Source: Octopus sinensis (lineage: Eukaryota). Taken from it: a stretch of DNA of 64,000 nucleotides. This document shows positions 23,385 to 36,715 of the stretch, one piece after another (the first letter of the stretch is position 1; every line of letters starts with the position of its first letter). The stretch covers positions 110,794,001 to 110,858,000 of the forward strand of contig NC_043000.1 of the NCBI RefSeq assembly GCF_006345805.1. Direction: 5' to 3'. Both the position numbers and the translations under genes were made by a program. The notes below the pieces were generated by a model that searched no databases, was not told the DNA's origin, and saw only the letters and a list, made by a program, of their open reading frames with translations.

Positions 23385-23840
23385 GTTCGAAGGCTTGCTC
23401 CACCAAACAGCTGGTCAGCTCTGCTGGAACTGAAACTAACACGACACTGTTGAAAGGCAGGTTTAGAGAGGGCGTGGGCCAAAACTACATGCCCTTTCCC
23501 TCCATTGGTCAGTTGAAGCTTAGACAGTGTCATGTGACAGTTAGCTAGTGTTGGCTACTAGAGCCTACTAGTGAGTATATAAAGGGAAATTTGGCAGAAT
23601 GGTCAGTCGTTTGCTGACACTCATTGACACTGCATCAAAGAAACCAATGAACAGAAGAAAAAAGGAGAAAGAAGAAACACACTCAACACCAGAGATGAAG
23701 ACACCTCCGAAAGGGGGACCCCACCATGTTGAAAGCAGTAGAGGAGTAGGGGCCAAAACCGGACGTGGTTTCTCCTGATGATGTCCTTAGCCTCTGGATC
23801 CTGTAAAGGAGTTGTTGAGGTAGCGAACCACAAGACGCGG
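23385..23840 (+). mobile_element. ~450-bp LTR-like / Penelope pLTR-like dispersed repeat, copy 1
   Basis: Colinear with 54348-54795. Contains GGGCGTGGG, ATTGG and TATATAAAG motifs and CTGATGA. Confidence 0.7.
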
Positions 23841-24861
23841 TTGGAATTCTTCCTATGAAAACTAAATGAAAAAAAAAATATTGGACACACTCTTTTACAA
23901 TCTCTCTCTTTCATCAATCTATCAATTCAATAACTCTTTCTCTGTCTTATTGGTTCTCTCTCCTCCTCACTCTCTCTCCCCCAATTTCTCTATCTTACTG
24001 TGTCTCCCCTCTCTCTCTCAACAGCCTGTTACTTCAATAACTTTTCTCTCTCCATCTTTCTCTCTCTCTCTCCCTCTCTTTCTCTCTCTATTCCTCTCTC
24101 TCCCCTCCTCCTCCCATCAATTTATCACTTCTGTGGACCTGACAGATCTCTGAAGAAACATTATTCCTTCAACTAACGTATCTCTTCATCTTTCCTGCTG
24201 TCAACACCTCGTAACTGTTTGACAAACCAGCTTCCATGTAGTCTCTTGACTTGCTAAAAATAACAGCCAAATCTTTCTCAAATCACATCCTCTTGTGAAG
24301 AAAATTGTGAAGGACTGAATGAATAATGCAGTCGTAAATACACCATCCTAGATGTGCTGTTGTGTTTGTCTGATCACAACTGGAATACCATTGCTCATAG
24401 GTCTGCTTTATTAAGTCTGACCTGATGTTAAGCAACATTTTAACCACTTCTTCTCTTGCAATACTAAATTCTTTATATTGTTTTTGCATCATTTATAAAT
24501 CATTTACAAACACCCGTCTTGGCATCTGTAATTTTTATATCAAGAATTAACTAAAGGGATACACCTTTGCTGCATTATCGCTGCCTCAAGTTATGGAATT
24601 CCATGGAAATTTGACCATTTATTGTGGGATACTGTCTGCAATTTCAATCCTTATGGAAATGCAGATGAATTATAAGAATTTAAATACTGTTCTTTCTTCT
24701 TAGCGAAAATGCTGCTTCTTGGCATTTTACCTAAGATCTTAGCTTAGTTAATAATTTGCAAAACTATTATCATCGTATACACACACACACACGCGCGCGC
24801 ACATGTGCATGCGTGCATGTAAGTGTATGCAAGCGTTTGTGCATATGTCACTGTAAACTTT

Positions 24862-25075
24862 TAGTGAAGCTTTCTTTGAATGGTGCTTGGCAAAACACAT
24901 GGCCAGACTGTATGTGTAACTTTGCCAGGTTTGCACAAACCAGAATGTCTACGTGAAATTAAGGAAGATATTGTGACCCTTGCAAATGATGTAGGTTTGA
25001 AGAAGTGATAGAGGACAATATGGTTGAGTTGTTAGGGTCCCATTGAGAAAGTTTTATCTAAAGAAGAACTTTGAG
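24862..25075 (+). mobile_element. Tigger/pogo transposase C-terminal remnant
   Basis: Encodes LNGAWQNTWPDCMCNFARF...KEDIVTLANDVG(F)EEVIEDNMVELLGSH*ES..SKEEL with frameshifts and stops, resembling a TIGD1/Tigger C-terminus. Confidence 0.65.
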
Positions 25076-25993
25076 CATAAACAAGATGAGAATACAGATA
25101 AAAATATGGAAATTCCATCAACTCCACTTAAACGCAAAGAATATTGCAATAGGAATGGTATTTAGAAGAGGAAAATCTGCAAGTTTCTGCTAATGGCAAT
25201 CCTAATTGTGGACATAGAATAATTCCAAGAAGAATTTACAATAAGCTCAGTTCCTACACTGAGCTGTCCAAAGAAGTGATGCACCATAAACATCACAGAA
25301 TTTTGGATAAATTCTTCAATCCTTGATATTGATAATGATGAATTATAAGATAGAAGATGGTGTTCTTCATCCTCCACCACCAGCCCTCACTCCATAGTCA
25401 ACATCCTTTATGCTAAGAACGTACCCCATTCTGCTATAACGATTCTTTTTTATTCCCTAACGTGTTTCTCTTCAACATTTTTTATGTAGACATCTTTTAG
25501 CATGTATCTTTAGAGATTGTTATTTTCATACATAAAAGTTGTCATGTTGCTTTCTGGTTGTTTTATAGAAAAATCTGTTGGAACATATTTTCACTTTTTA
25601 ACATGAACATCAATGGGGAAAGGAATTCTGCATTATGACAAGAATTTCCTAAGTGCTTTGCTTCTAAAGTACGGAAATATTGCTGTATTTTGTTAATTAT
25701 CTCACTGGAGGAGGTGAATCAAACAAATTTTAAAACAAAACTATTTTGATATTGCTATTAGTGAACAATAGGATCATTAGTGATCTGTTTCCAAAAGGCC
25801 TGTCAGGGGTTCACTGCATTTCTAAGGGTGAGCGTGACAAGGAAGTGTCTGTGAGGTGGTGCAGAACAAATATTACTACAAACTTCATTAAAAAAAACAC
25901 AGTTTTTCAGTTTTCTCATGGACGTTTACTTTGTCTAATAATATACTGTGCAGAAATATATACATCTGCGTGTATTTATATATATGTGTGTGT

Positions 25994-26725
25994 GTATATA
26001 TTTTATAATATATTATTATTAATATCAGGAAATCACTATTTGAAAATTCAAACAAACACCATTTTCCCATATTACTTTATAATTTTTTAAAAAACTACCA
26101 TTTGTCAAATTATACAAGTTTCACATTTGATATTACTGAAGAGCAGAAGAGTTATCTAAAAATGCTTATCAATATAGGATTCCATTATTCTATATTATCT
26201 AAGTCTATGAACTATATTTGGAATACAGGACAATATAACGGATTTTACACATAACTATTATGGATTATTACAGAAGACTTACCAAGGAAGAATATATGGA
26301 TTCCTAGACTCTCATACTAAAGTGTACTTACCAAAATCAAAAGCTGTAATTTTTAATTTTTGATTTATATTTCAAACAAACACCATTTTATAGTATTACT
26401 TCATATTTCAAAAACTACCATTCGATATATTTATACAAAATTCAAATTTTATATCTCTGAAGAGCAGAAGAGTTGTCTATAAATGCTTATCAATATAGGA
26501 TTTCATTATAGGGACAGCACTTCTGTGAAACAATTGTAAGATGCTCTAAAAACTTAATTCAAAACTTTTAAAGTGTCATATACATTATATATTTATACTT
26601 ATACATTTTTACATATATTTATATATATTTATATTTTTAATACAACAATAATTTTACATCTTTCTGAAGAATTTTCTAATATTGATTTCCTGATATTGAT
26701 AATAATATATTATAAAATATATATA
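25994..26725. repeat. AT-rich direct plus inverted repeat block (decayed Penelope-like architecture)
   Basis: A ~145-bp direct repeat (26047-26190 / 26371-26510), each copy with CTGAAGAGCAGA, and a ~55-bp inverted repeat (25994-26049 / 26669-26724). Confidence 0.65.
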
Positions 26726-27099
26726 ATCACTCGTATTAAATATATAAATACTTTAATAGTATTAATACTTTGATACAATTGAGCACTCACAGTAAATTCA
26801 ATATATAATATTCTCATTGAATATATTTAACTAAAGATTTATATATCATCATAGGTCCGTTTTCCATGCTAGCATGGGTTGGACGGTTCAACTGGGGTCT
26901 GGTAAGCCATGGAGGCTGCACCAGGCTCTAGTCTGATCTGGCAGTGTTTCTACAGCTGGATGCTCTTCCTAACGCCAACCACTCCGTGAGTGTAGTGGGT
27001 GCTTTTTACGTGCCACAGGTACAGGGGCCAGGGGAGGCTGGCAAACAGCCTATATATATACATACACACACACACACATGTAATGAATTTCATTCTGGA

Positions 27100-27350
27100 T
27101 GACCAGTTTCAATGCAATGTCTGTCAAAATGCCTGCAAGTCACATGGAGGATTGACACGCCACTTGAATATCCATAATAAACAAGTGGAAAATGGGGCCA
27201 ATGCTGAAATGAGACATTGCTGCACTACATGTGATCAGCTCTTCGCATACTTTTCAGGGTTCAAAGGATCATTTAAGATTTCACATAGAAAGGAGTAATT
27301 ATAGGTAAAAGGAGAGGATGAGCTGTGCAAGGAGCAGACAGCCACCATAT
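27100..27350 (+). pseudogene. Decayed two-finger C2H2 zinc-finger segment, probably the 3' end of an RTE-type LINE
   Basis: Encodes FQCNVCQNACKSHGGLTRHLNIH. The second finger CTTCDQLFAYFSG/KDHLRFH needs a frameshift. Ends in a microsatellite tail and is flanked by SINEs. Confidence 0.55.
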
Positions 27351-27361
27351 GTATGTGTGTG

Positions 27362-27393
<32 letters not shown>

Positions 27394-27396
27394 TCA

Positions 27397-27733
27397 ACAT
27401 CATCGTTTAACGTCCGTTTTCCATGCTGGCATGGGTTGGACGGTTCAACCGGGGTCTGGGAAGCCAGAAGGCTGTACCAGGCTCCAGTCTGATCTGGCAG
27501 TGTTTCTACAGCTAGATGCCCTTCCTAACACCAACCACTGTGTGAGTGTAGTGGGTGTTTTTTACATGCTACCAGCACAGGTGCCAGGGGAGGCTGGCAA
27601 CAGCCACGATCGGTTGGTGCTTTTTACATGCCACTGGCACGGAAGCCAGTCAAGGTGGCGCTGGCATCGGCCACGTTTGGATGGTGCTTTTTACGTGCCA
27701 CCAGCACAGGTATCACAACTACAATTTCCATGA
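27397..27733 (-). mobile_element. SINE family C
   Basis: Near-identical to 19667-19970. Confidence 0.8.
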
Positions 27734-28090
27734 GTTTGGAGGGATATATTATCTGGGTAGATATTGTATTAGCTCTCAGTTAGGTTCCTGTTAATGGCTA
27801 ACCACAACGATCAATATTTAATGTCTGTGACTACATTTAGTTGTTGGTTGCTCCATAAATTCTTCTGATTGGTTATTCCGTGCACTCTTCGCTAGGTGAT
27901 AAAAATTGTCTGAGTGCACATTAATATTATTAATATTATTAACAATAAACAGTATGGAGACATGTACATCCACAGAATTTATTTTATACCAATATATACA
28001 GCATATTATAATGACCGACACATGTTTCCACTGCACCAACTACTCACTGTTGCATATGAAAATGTTGTGGATGTACAAGTCTTGATACTC

Positions 28091-28129
<39 letters not shown>

Positions 28130-28287
28130 TATTTTCTCTCCTTGTTTTTTCTGTGTCACTTTCTGTAGAAGAGCGTAGGCTCGAAACGTAAAAGACTTTT
28201 TCTATTTCCTGAGCGTTATACTAATACATCTGTTTGTTTTGTACACCACCTGTCTTCATCTTTTGTTTTTTTCGTAAAATCTCCCTA
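28130..28287 (+). mobile_element. Short Penelope-like element with a hammerhead-like motif (28159-28194)
   Basis: Reads CTTT-CTGTAGA-A-GAGC-gtag-GCTC-GAAAC-GTA-AAAG. Shares downstream TTTCCTGAGCG with the 2113/41984 family and sits between (TA)n tracts. Confidence 0.6.
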
Positions 28288-28298
28288 TATATATATAT

Positions 28299-28329
<31 letters not shown>

Positions 28330-29318
28330 TCTTCCGTGTGTATTCATGTCTTGACATTACATGATAGTTATAGACAGGCATTGCCGTCAAATAACTGATG
28401 CTGATCGTTTCCCATCTTCTGTGGAAACATGTCTGGCCATGGGAAAATATCACTTTGCTTGGAAACAGCTGAATGTTGGTGTCAGGAAAGGCACCCAGTT
28501 GTAGAAAATCTGCCCCCAACAAATTCCACCCGACCCATGCAAGCATGGAGAGGTGAACATTACAATGATGACCAATGGTGGAATATATAAACACACACAC
28601 ATGATGAGCCTCTACATAGGTTTTAGTTACTAAATTCTACTCACAAGGTATTGGAAAACCTAAAGCAATAAGGGACAACACTTGCCCCTAAGGAGTCACA
28701 TCATGACACTGCAACATGTGTCATGGTCTCTCTTTATGTCTTTAAGTACTTTGAAGCTTCAAGTACTCACTGGCTCCCTTAGATTAAACTTGTACTCTTT
28801 GACTCTGAAACTGAGGACCATGTTTGCAATGTTGTGATTATTTCATATGAAACAAATCAGATCAGACAGTTTCTAACGATTTTAATTAATTGAAGAGGAT
28901 TACAGCTGGCAAATACAGGATGCAATGTTTACTGTACATATTGTACTTTATGCCAGGTGCTGTTGTTATGTTCTGCACCTGAGTGTACAACATTAGATCT
29001 ATTTAGACTCCAGTCTATACAGTAGCAGATTATGTTGTTTTTATTCCTAGACTATGTTTTCAATGTATTTTTCCTCATCCATTTAGACTGGTAGAGTGTA
29101 ATTTAGAGAGATTTAACTGTTCTTTCTAACACTTCAAACGCTCACATAGAATTTCTTTTGATAGCCTGTGATAGCCTGGTAGTTGAGATAGCAAATAAGT
29201 ATTATGGGGAGGTATGGTTGATGTATTAATTACTGTTATTGCCAGCATCAGAATTTGTAATAGTTCCGTGAACTACCCAGGGAATGAGACATACCTGGGT
29301 ATATATAAATATGTCTAT

Positions 29319-29697
29319 ACTCTTTTATTTGTTTCAGTCATTTGACTGCGGCCATACTAGAACACAGCCTTTAGTTGAGCAAATCGACCCCAGGACTTAT
29401 TCTTTGTAAGCCTAGTACTTATTCTGTTGGTCTCTTTTGCCAAACTGCTAAGTTACGGGGATGCAAACACACCAGCTTCGGTTGTCAAGTGATGTTGGGG
29501 GGACAAACACACACACACATATACACATATATACGACGGGCTTCTTTCAGTTTCCGTCTACCAAATCCAGTCACAAGGCTTTGGTTGGCCCGAGGCTATA
29601 ATAGAAGACACTTGCCCAAGGTGTCATGCAGTGGGAATGAACCCAGAATCATGTGGTTGGTAAGCAAGCTACTTACCACACAGCTACTCCTACGCCT
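29319..29697 (-). mobile_element. SINE family A, full length
   Basis: Similar to the other copies. Confidence 0.85.
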
Positions 29698-31081
29698 GTC
29701 TATGTATATTTCTATCACCCACTTTTCTCTCTTCCCAGAATTTTTACATTTATTTTTTCAATTCCACTAAGTCATCACGGTTACAGTCCTTCTACCATTT
29801 CTTTTTTGACTTCTATTTTGTGGCTGGTTCCCAAATTGTAACTCCTCATCCATGAAATATCAGCACAGATGGCCTGGCTTCTGGCATACCCACAAGGTAC
29901 CCTGTCCATTGCATTTCATTGTGTACAAAGCATCATTCAATAGTCATATGGTCTCCTTCTTAAGCAGTCGTTCCCAAACATTTTCGGGCTGCCACCCCCT
30001 TGGTACCCTGGTCACATTCTTAGCACCCCCCACCTCCATTCACCACCATAAACATAGACCACTAACTGAAGCAAATTCAAAACAAATAAAACTTAACCTA
30101 TTTCTGTTATCAAATTCACTCACAAGGCATTGGTCAGCCTGGAGTTATAGTAGAAGACACTTGCCCAAGGTGCCACGCAGTGGGGTTGAACCCAAGATTA
30201 CATGGTTTAGAAGCAAGCTTCTTAACCACATAGCATTGCTATATATATTGTGTATGTACATATTCCCATATGTGTGTGTGTATATATATGTGTATGTGTG
30301 ATATTTAGTCTGCTAGTGGTGTTTATGATATCCATTGGTTATGAGATAACTCATATATTATCGTCGTATATAATTTATTACATAGTTTTAGATAAATTTC
30401 TGTTATCAAGTATAACGAGGTTATATTATCTCCTAATCATTAACATAAATCCATTGTGTGATATTAATTACACTTTATTTCAATTACCGTTCACTATTAA
30501 TAGGTAATCTCCATGATTTGTGTGGGCTTTAAATTTTTCATTCAGATCTTCTCTTATAAAATATAATCAGGTTCATAGATTGTTGTTTCACAGACATAAT
30601 GTAAATAGTCTCTCTCTTTAACTTGTGAGCATCTACGAACATGCATTTGCCAGATCAGATTAGAGCCTGGTGCAGCCTTCCGGCTCACTGCTCCTCAGTC
30701 AAACCGTCCAACCCATGCCAGCAGGGAAAGCGGACATTAAATGATGATGATGATTCTGTGTGTGTGTGTGTGTGTGTGTGTGTCTCTGTCACTTTGTCTC
30801 TGCCTCTCTCTGTCTGTCTCTCTGTCTGTCTCTCTGTCTCTGTATGTCTGTCTCTCTCTCTTTTGAATAAGTATGTCTGTTTGGGTACAAAGTTTGCTTC
30901 CCAACCATGTAGTCTTGGGTTCAATCCTCCTATGTGGCCCTTGGGGAAAGTGTCTTCTCCTATAGCCCCATGCCAACCAAACACCTCTGAATGGATTTGG
31001 CAGATGGAAACTAAAAGAAGCCTTCTTTGTATCTGTTATCTTCCAGTCATTAGACTGTGGCCATAAACACACTAACGCCTG

Positions 31082-31403
31082 TTGAGGTTAGAGCATCAAG
31101 CTTACGATCTTTAGGTTGTGAGTTTGAATCCTGGACTGGACTGCGTGTTGTGTTCTTGAGCAAGACACTTTATTTCATGTTGCTCCAGTTCACTCAGCTG
31201 TAGAAATGAGTTGCAATGTCACTGGTGCCAAGCTGTATTGATCCCTTTGCCTTTCCCTTGGATAACATTGGTGGCATGGAGAGAGGAGGCTGGTATGCAT
31301 GGGTGACTGCTGGCCTTCCATAAACAACCTTGCCCGGACTTGTGCCTTGGCAGGTAACTTTCTAGGTGCAATCCCATGGTCAGTCATGACTGAAGGAGGT
31401 CTC
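31082..31403 (+). mobile_element. tRNA-headed SINE (family D head, F-type tail)
   Basis: Colinear with the reverse complement of 42553-42886. Confidence 0.8.
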
Positions 31404-31650
31404 CTCTAGTGGATGCATATAAATGTTACCATAAATCTACCCTCTGTCTCTCTCTCCACCCTGAAAATAGAGGCTGGGTTTACCATAATATATACACAAC
31501 CATCATCATTTAACATTTGCTTTCCCTGCTGGCATGGGTTGGACAGTTTGACAAGAGCTGGCAAGTCAGAAGATTGTGCCAAGCTCTGCTTTGGCATGGT
31601 TTCTATGGCTGGATGCCCTTCCAAATGCCAATCACTTTACATATATAATG

Positions 31651-31695
<45 letters not shown>

Positions 31696-32952
31696 GTACA
31701 TGTACATTTAAATCTGTAAGTGGAAGGAAATGTACTCAATGCATATGTTGGAGTATATTTATTTGAATGTGAGGTTTCGCCTTTCTTTTCTGTAATCTTA
31801 CAGTGAAGAGAAAAGGCAGGGCCCCAGGGCCACATGGTTGGGAAGCCAGCTTCTTAACTACACAGCCATGTCTGCACCTAGACATGACAACTAAATTGTA
31901 TTATCCTCCACTGTTATGTTTTATAAACTATTTGTTTATCAAAAGCAATTTTGTGGGTAAAAAATACAAATGCACATCATTATTGATAAATAAAGTTTAT
32001 TTTACCGAAATTTAAACAACTGACTTTAAATTTTATAACTGTCTTCCAATAACCATTGTAATATTTCCTTTCACTATTTGTATAGTATTTCTGCTTCTGC
32101 ACCAAAACAGAATTACATTTAAATAATACCGAATATTGTGATGTATCACAATATCTGTTTTTTTCTTTTTAGATGTTCTGTAAACATTTCTGTGTTGCGT
32201 CAACCAAATCACACATATTTTTGTATTATCTGATATGATTAAGGGGTGAGGGGTGAGCTGCCAGAATCATTGGTGCCCCAGCATGGCCACAGCTCGTGAG
32301 CTGAAACTAGATAAAATAAGATAAAATAAAAATAAATACCAGGCAGAATGTTTAGTGGTATTTTGCTCACCCTTATGTCCTGAGTTCAAATTCTGCTGAG
32401 GTCTGCTTTGCCTTTCATCCCTTCAGGGTTGATAAAATAGGTACCAGTTATGCACTGGGGTCATTGTAATCAACTTATCCCCTTCCCTGAAATTTCTGCC
32501 CTTGTGCCAAAATTTGAAACCAACATTTGATGTGGTTTAGTGTTTGGAGGAAGAGCAATGTCTTTGAGAATAGGCTAGAAAAAGGAAGAAATGACTTCAA
32601 GGTCAATGTGTGTGTGCGTGTGAGTGTGTGAAGAGACAGGAAAAGCCATTGATTTCAAGATTGGTGTGAGGAAGAAGGAAGACCAATTTCTTGAAGATTG
32701 ATGTGAAGGAAGAAGGCAAGAGGAGACTGACTCCAAGACTGGTTCGAGAGAAAAAGAGAGGGAGAAACCATCGCTCTTAGGTTGCTGCTGTTATAGACTA
32801 CCCCCAAATATATTGGTAGCTGTTCTTGTATAAGAGAGGCCTGGTCCAAATGCTTTATAGAATGTGATATCTGCTGAAGATAACCCAATGGTCTAATGGT
32901 GTTGTGAGACAGTGTGACAGATTTGATCAGCCATTCTTGATAGTTCTTACCT

Positions 32953-33185
32953 ATTTCTTTACTACTCACAAGGGGCTAAACACAGAGAGGACAAACAAGG
33001 ACAGACAAATGGATTAAGTCGATTACATTGACTCCAGTGTGTAACTGGTACTTATTTAATCGACCCCGAAAGGATGAAAAGCAAAGTCAACCTCGGCGGA
33101 ATTTGAACTCAGAACGCAGCGGCTGACAAAATACCACAAAGCAGTTTGCCCAGCGTGCTAACGTTTCTGCCAGCTCGCCGCCTTA
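32953..33185 (-). mobile_element. SINE family B with 13-bp TSD
   Basis: ATAGTTCTTACCT occurs at 32940-32952 and 33186-33198. Confidence 0.9.
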
Positions 33186-33432
33186 ATAGTTCTTACCTGT
33201 TTTATATATTATCATATTCAAGCATTGATCTCTCAAAGACTCACATCAACAATATATCTATAAAATATTATCTGTAGACTTTTATAAATTGTTTTTTTTT
33301 GTTGTTGTTGTTGTTGCATGTGTACTGAGAAGAAAAAAATAAATTTGAGATTAAAGAATACTTCTGAAAAGTGATTACTAAGGTGGAATGAGAAATTACT
33401 TTGTGTAAAAATGAATGTGGCACACATATAGT

Positions 33433-33464
<32 letters not shown>

Positions 33465-34437
33465 CATGTGTGCGTGCATGCATAAAGAAAAATGTTATTT
33501 TCGTGTTTGATTCTGCTGAAGGCTGAAAATATATTAAACATTTCTTTGCTGTCGAGGAATATTTGGCTTCAACGGACTCAGCTAAGGAACGGGTCATTTC
33601 ACTTCCACATGTTGGTATCCATAGAAATTAATACCAAAATCAATAAACGGTAAATGACATTCTATGTTAAAGGAAATAGATAAATAGAATTGGCATTGAA
33701 TGTAACAACTTTGATAATTGAAGGAGAATGACTTTGCCTTGAACGTTATTACGAATATTGAGAACTGACGCCATGAAAGGGGTTTGAAACACAAGTCCAC
33801 AATGTGGATTTTCTCTCCAACATTATTCTCTGTCTCTTGATAATATTACCTTAATTAAGGTATGCTAGTTAATGTAATCAGTATACGTTAAATTGCAAAT
33901 CAGAATATTTCTCACCTCTGATTTCTTATATGTAAATTAGCTTCATTGTGTTGTTGTTCTTGTGTAACTCCAGGTCACTGCTTGCTGAACGGTCATATTG
34001 CATTACTGGTGGTTGGCTGAATCACTCGGTGCAATCTGCAGATTTGGTGTTCTAGTTATGCCTTGTTCCCAACTGAGAACATACTGTGGCCACCATCATG
34101 CAGTGAGACAGCCTGGACATGTTCTCGTCATCGTTTCAATGTTTATTTTTCTATGCTTTCATGGGTGGGACAGAATTTGTTAAGGCAGATTTTCTGTGGC
34201 TAGATATCTGTCCTGTTGCCAACACTTGCCTGTTTCCAAGTTAAGGAATATTATTACCCAGTGACCAAACATGATTTCATGAAGATTGGAAATAAAGGGC
34301 ACTGCTTGCACGACATTGAAACTCGTTTACAACTATTGTGCAAAGTCAAGATAAAACAGCAACATACACACACACAAATACACACTCTAACACACACACA
34401 CTTGCACGCACACACACACTCACACACACACAATAGT

Positions 34438-34736
34438 GGAGGCATATGGCCTAGTGGTTAGAGCAGCAGACTCGCGGTCGAGGGATCGTGGGTTCGAATC
34501 TCAGACCGGGTGATGTGTATGTTTATGAGCGAAACACCTAAGCTCCACATGGCTCCGGCAGAAGGTAATGGTGAACTTCTGCTGACTCTTTCGCCACAAC
34601 TTTTTCTCACTCTTTCCTCCTGCATCTGTAACTCACTTGCGACGGACCGGCATCCCGTCCAGGTAGGGAACTTATACGCCAAGGAAACCGGGAAGCCGGC
34701 CCTTATGAGCCAGGCGTGGGTCGAGAAGGAACAAAC
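34438..34736 (+). mobile_element. tRNA-derived SINE (family G), full length
   Basis: Head GGAGGCATATGGCCTAGTGGTTAGAGC...GGGTTCGAATC with clear A and B boxes. The body is shared with 46060-46200. Confidence 0.8.
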
Positions 34737-35785
34737 ACACACACAATGAGCTTTTAGTTTTGTACTTACAAGGTTTGGGTCAGCCTGGGGTTATAGTAGA
34801 TGACACCCACCCAAAGTGCCACACAACTGAACCCAAAACCATGTGGCTGAGAAATGAAATCTTACCACATGGCCATGCCTGTGTACAGTGAATGCTTGTT
34901 GATGACGAGAGTGGCCAAAACTGTGGTGAACAAAGTGGCCTTGTTCAGAATGTGACATTTGCCGGGAGGAGCCTACCTGCAGTCACCTTACCTCCTTCGA
35001 TGTGACTGGCAGCCTCATCACCTTCGAAAATCTGCTCTGCTATCTTTAAAATGGAGGAAAATATTAGAGGAAATAATCCTGATTATAATATGCCAAAAGC
35101 TAGATGAGATGGTCATGGCTTGATTGTTAGTCTAATGATCTAGATTATCATACTGAAAAAGCATCACTGAGTTTTTAGATTTATTCAGAATTATTGTAAA
35201 AATTCCCTTTTCATTCAAATCTTAAACCAGCCCCTGCCAAAAAGTCTCTAAGAACCCTTACATAAAAATAAAAACATTTTATCTTTAAATCCAAATTAGT
35301 AATCAAGTCTAGTAGTAAACCAATTAAATTTATAACAAACCATTCTTTGCATGTAACCACTTTTCTCTGATCCTTGTCCTGACATGGTATGACTGGCCGA
35401 TTATTGGCTTGGAAACAGGTAAAGGGTGGTGGCAGGATGGGTATTTGGCTGAAGAAAATCTGCCTCAACAAATTCCGTCTGACCCATGCAAGCATGAAAA
35501 AGTGGATGTTAAAATGATGATGATTATGTGTGTATGTATGTGTGTGTGTGTGCCAAAGATAAGGTTGAATTCGATTTCTAGATGAGATCATTGTTTTGAG
35601 CAGAGCTGTAAATTTGCTTTGTATTCTGGTATTTGGAGAATTAAAGAAGAAACTTGATGTTGTTTATGAGGAGGTGCGATGGTGGAAAACTTTGTTGGAA
35701 TGGTCATTTCTTGAGAATGAATGCTGCCAACTCTGTGAGGACAAGTGAAATTGGTACTAAATTATTGTAAAGACTATGAAAATGC

Positions 35786-35925
35786 AATGAGTTTAGCTTG
35801 AATGAGTTTGGCCTGAATGAGTCTAACTTGAATGAGTTTAGCTTGAATGAGTTTAGCTTGAATGAGTTTAGCTTGAATAAGTTTAGCTTGAATGAGCTTA
35901 GCTTGAATGAGTTTAGCTTGAATAA
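35786..35925. repeat. Minisatellite, 15-bp unit AATGAGTTTAGCTTG x9 plus partial
   Basis: Read directly from the sequence. Confidence 0.95.
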
Positions 35926-36715
35926 ACGTCACTTTTCTGTGTGAACTACATCCATAGATTGTAATGGTGTCAGTAAGTAGTATGTTAGTCCCATAGTCAA
36001 ATCTAACCATATAGTAATCAGAAGGTTGTGGGTTCAGTCCTTACTTGGAGCATACTTGAAAAGAATAATTATTTGCACATTCCTTTTAAAGTCATTCTTC
36101 TAATCTGACCCCAGAAAACAACTGAAACTTGTAAAAAAGTGTTAAAATCACTTTGAGTTACAATTTTGGCAATGCTAGCACACCAAGTAATGGAAAAATT
36201 TTTTCCTGTATCAGCAAAATTAATTTGGGTCTCCTTAGACATAACCCTGTTGAGAATTTTAATTTTAATGTAAGCCATTTCATCTAAGTACTTTAATGCT
36301 GTCTTATCAATAGTGTCCTCGTATGAATGTAGTACATGTGTGTGTATAAGGTAGCACATGTGTGTGTATTATGCATGTATTTAATGGTGGAAATATGTGA
36401 CACACTTCACTAAAATAAATTATTAAAAGAAAACACAAACACATAATAGGAAAAAAAAGTATGTGTGTGACTAAGTAAATGGAACTTTTAGAAATGGGAA
36501 TGAGATGGCATTGATATGGTTCTATAAAGAGTAAAAGACTTGCCTGTTAGAGAAAGTGAAGTTCTTTGAATGAGCAGGGGAAGATCTTTGATTCTTATGC
36601 TTTAACCTTTTTGTCACCATATTTCTAATAAAGCAAATCATGTTTTCCAATTAATTTTGAAAATAATCAACCTGCTTGAGAAATGTTTAGTCAAATAAGC
36701 ATGTTTTTCATTATC

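Noticed and set aside
24369-24380. SDHN codons resembling the expected COLGALT exon 2 motif
   Set aside because: There is no acceptor in the right phase and the following residues do not match. The region looks like an old antisense LINE remnant.
34438-34510. Possible tRNA gene (also 42815-42886 and 57886-57948)
   Set aside because: A/B boxes are present but there is no proper acceptor stem, and each continues into a SINE body.
35774-36010. ORF with IQAKL pentapeptide repeats; also a CRISPR-like look
   Set aside because: It is the translation of a 15-bp minisatellite. There are no spacers or cas genes and the context is eukaryotic.
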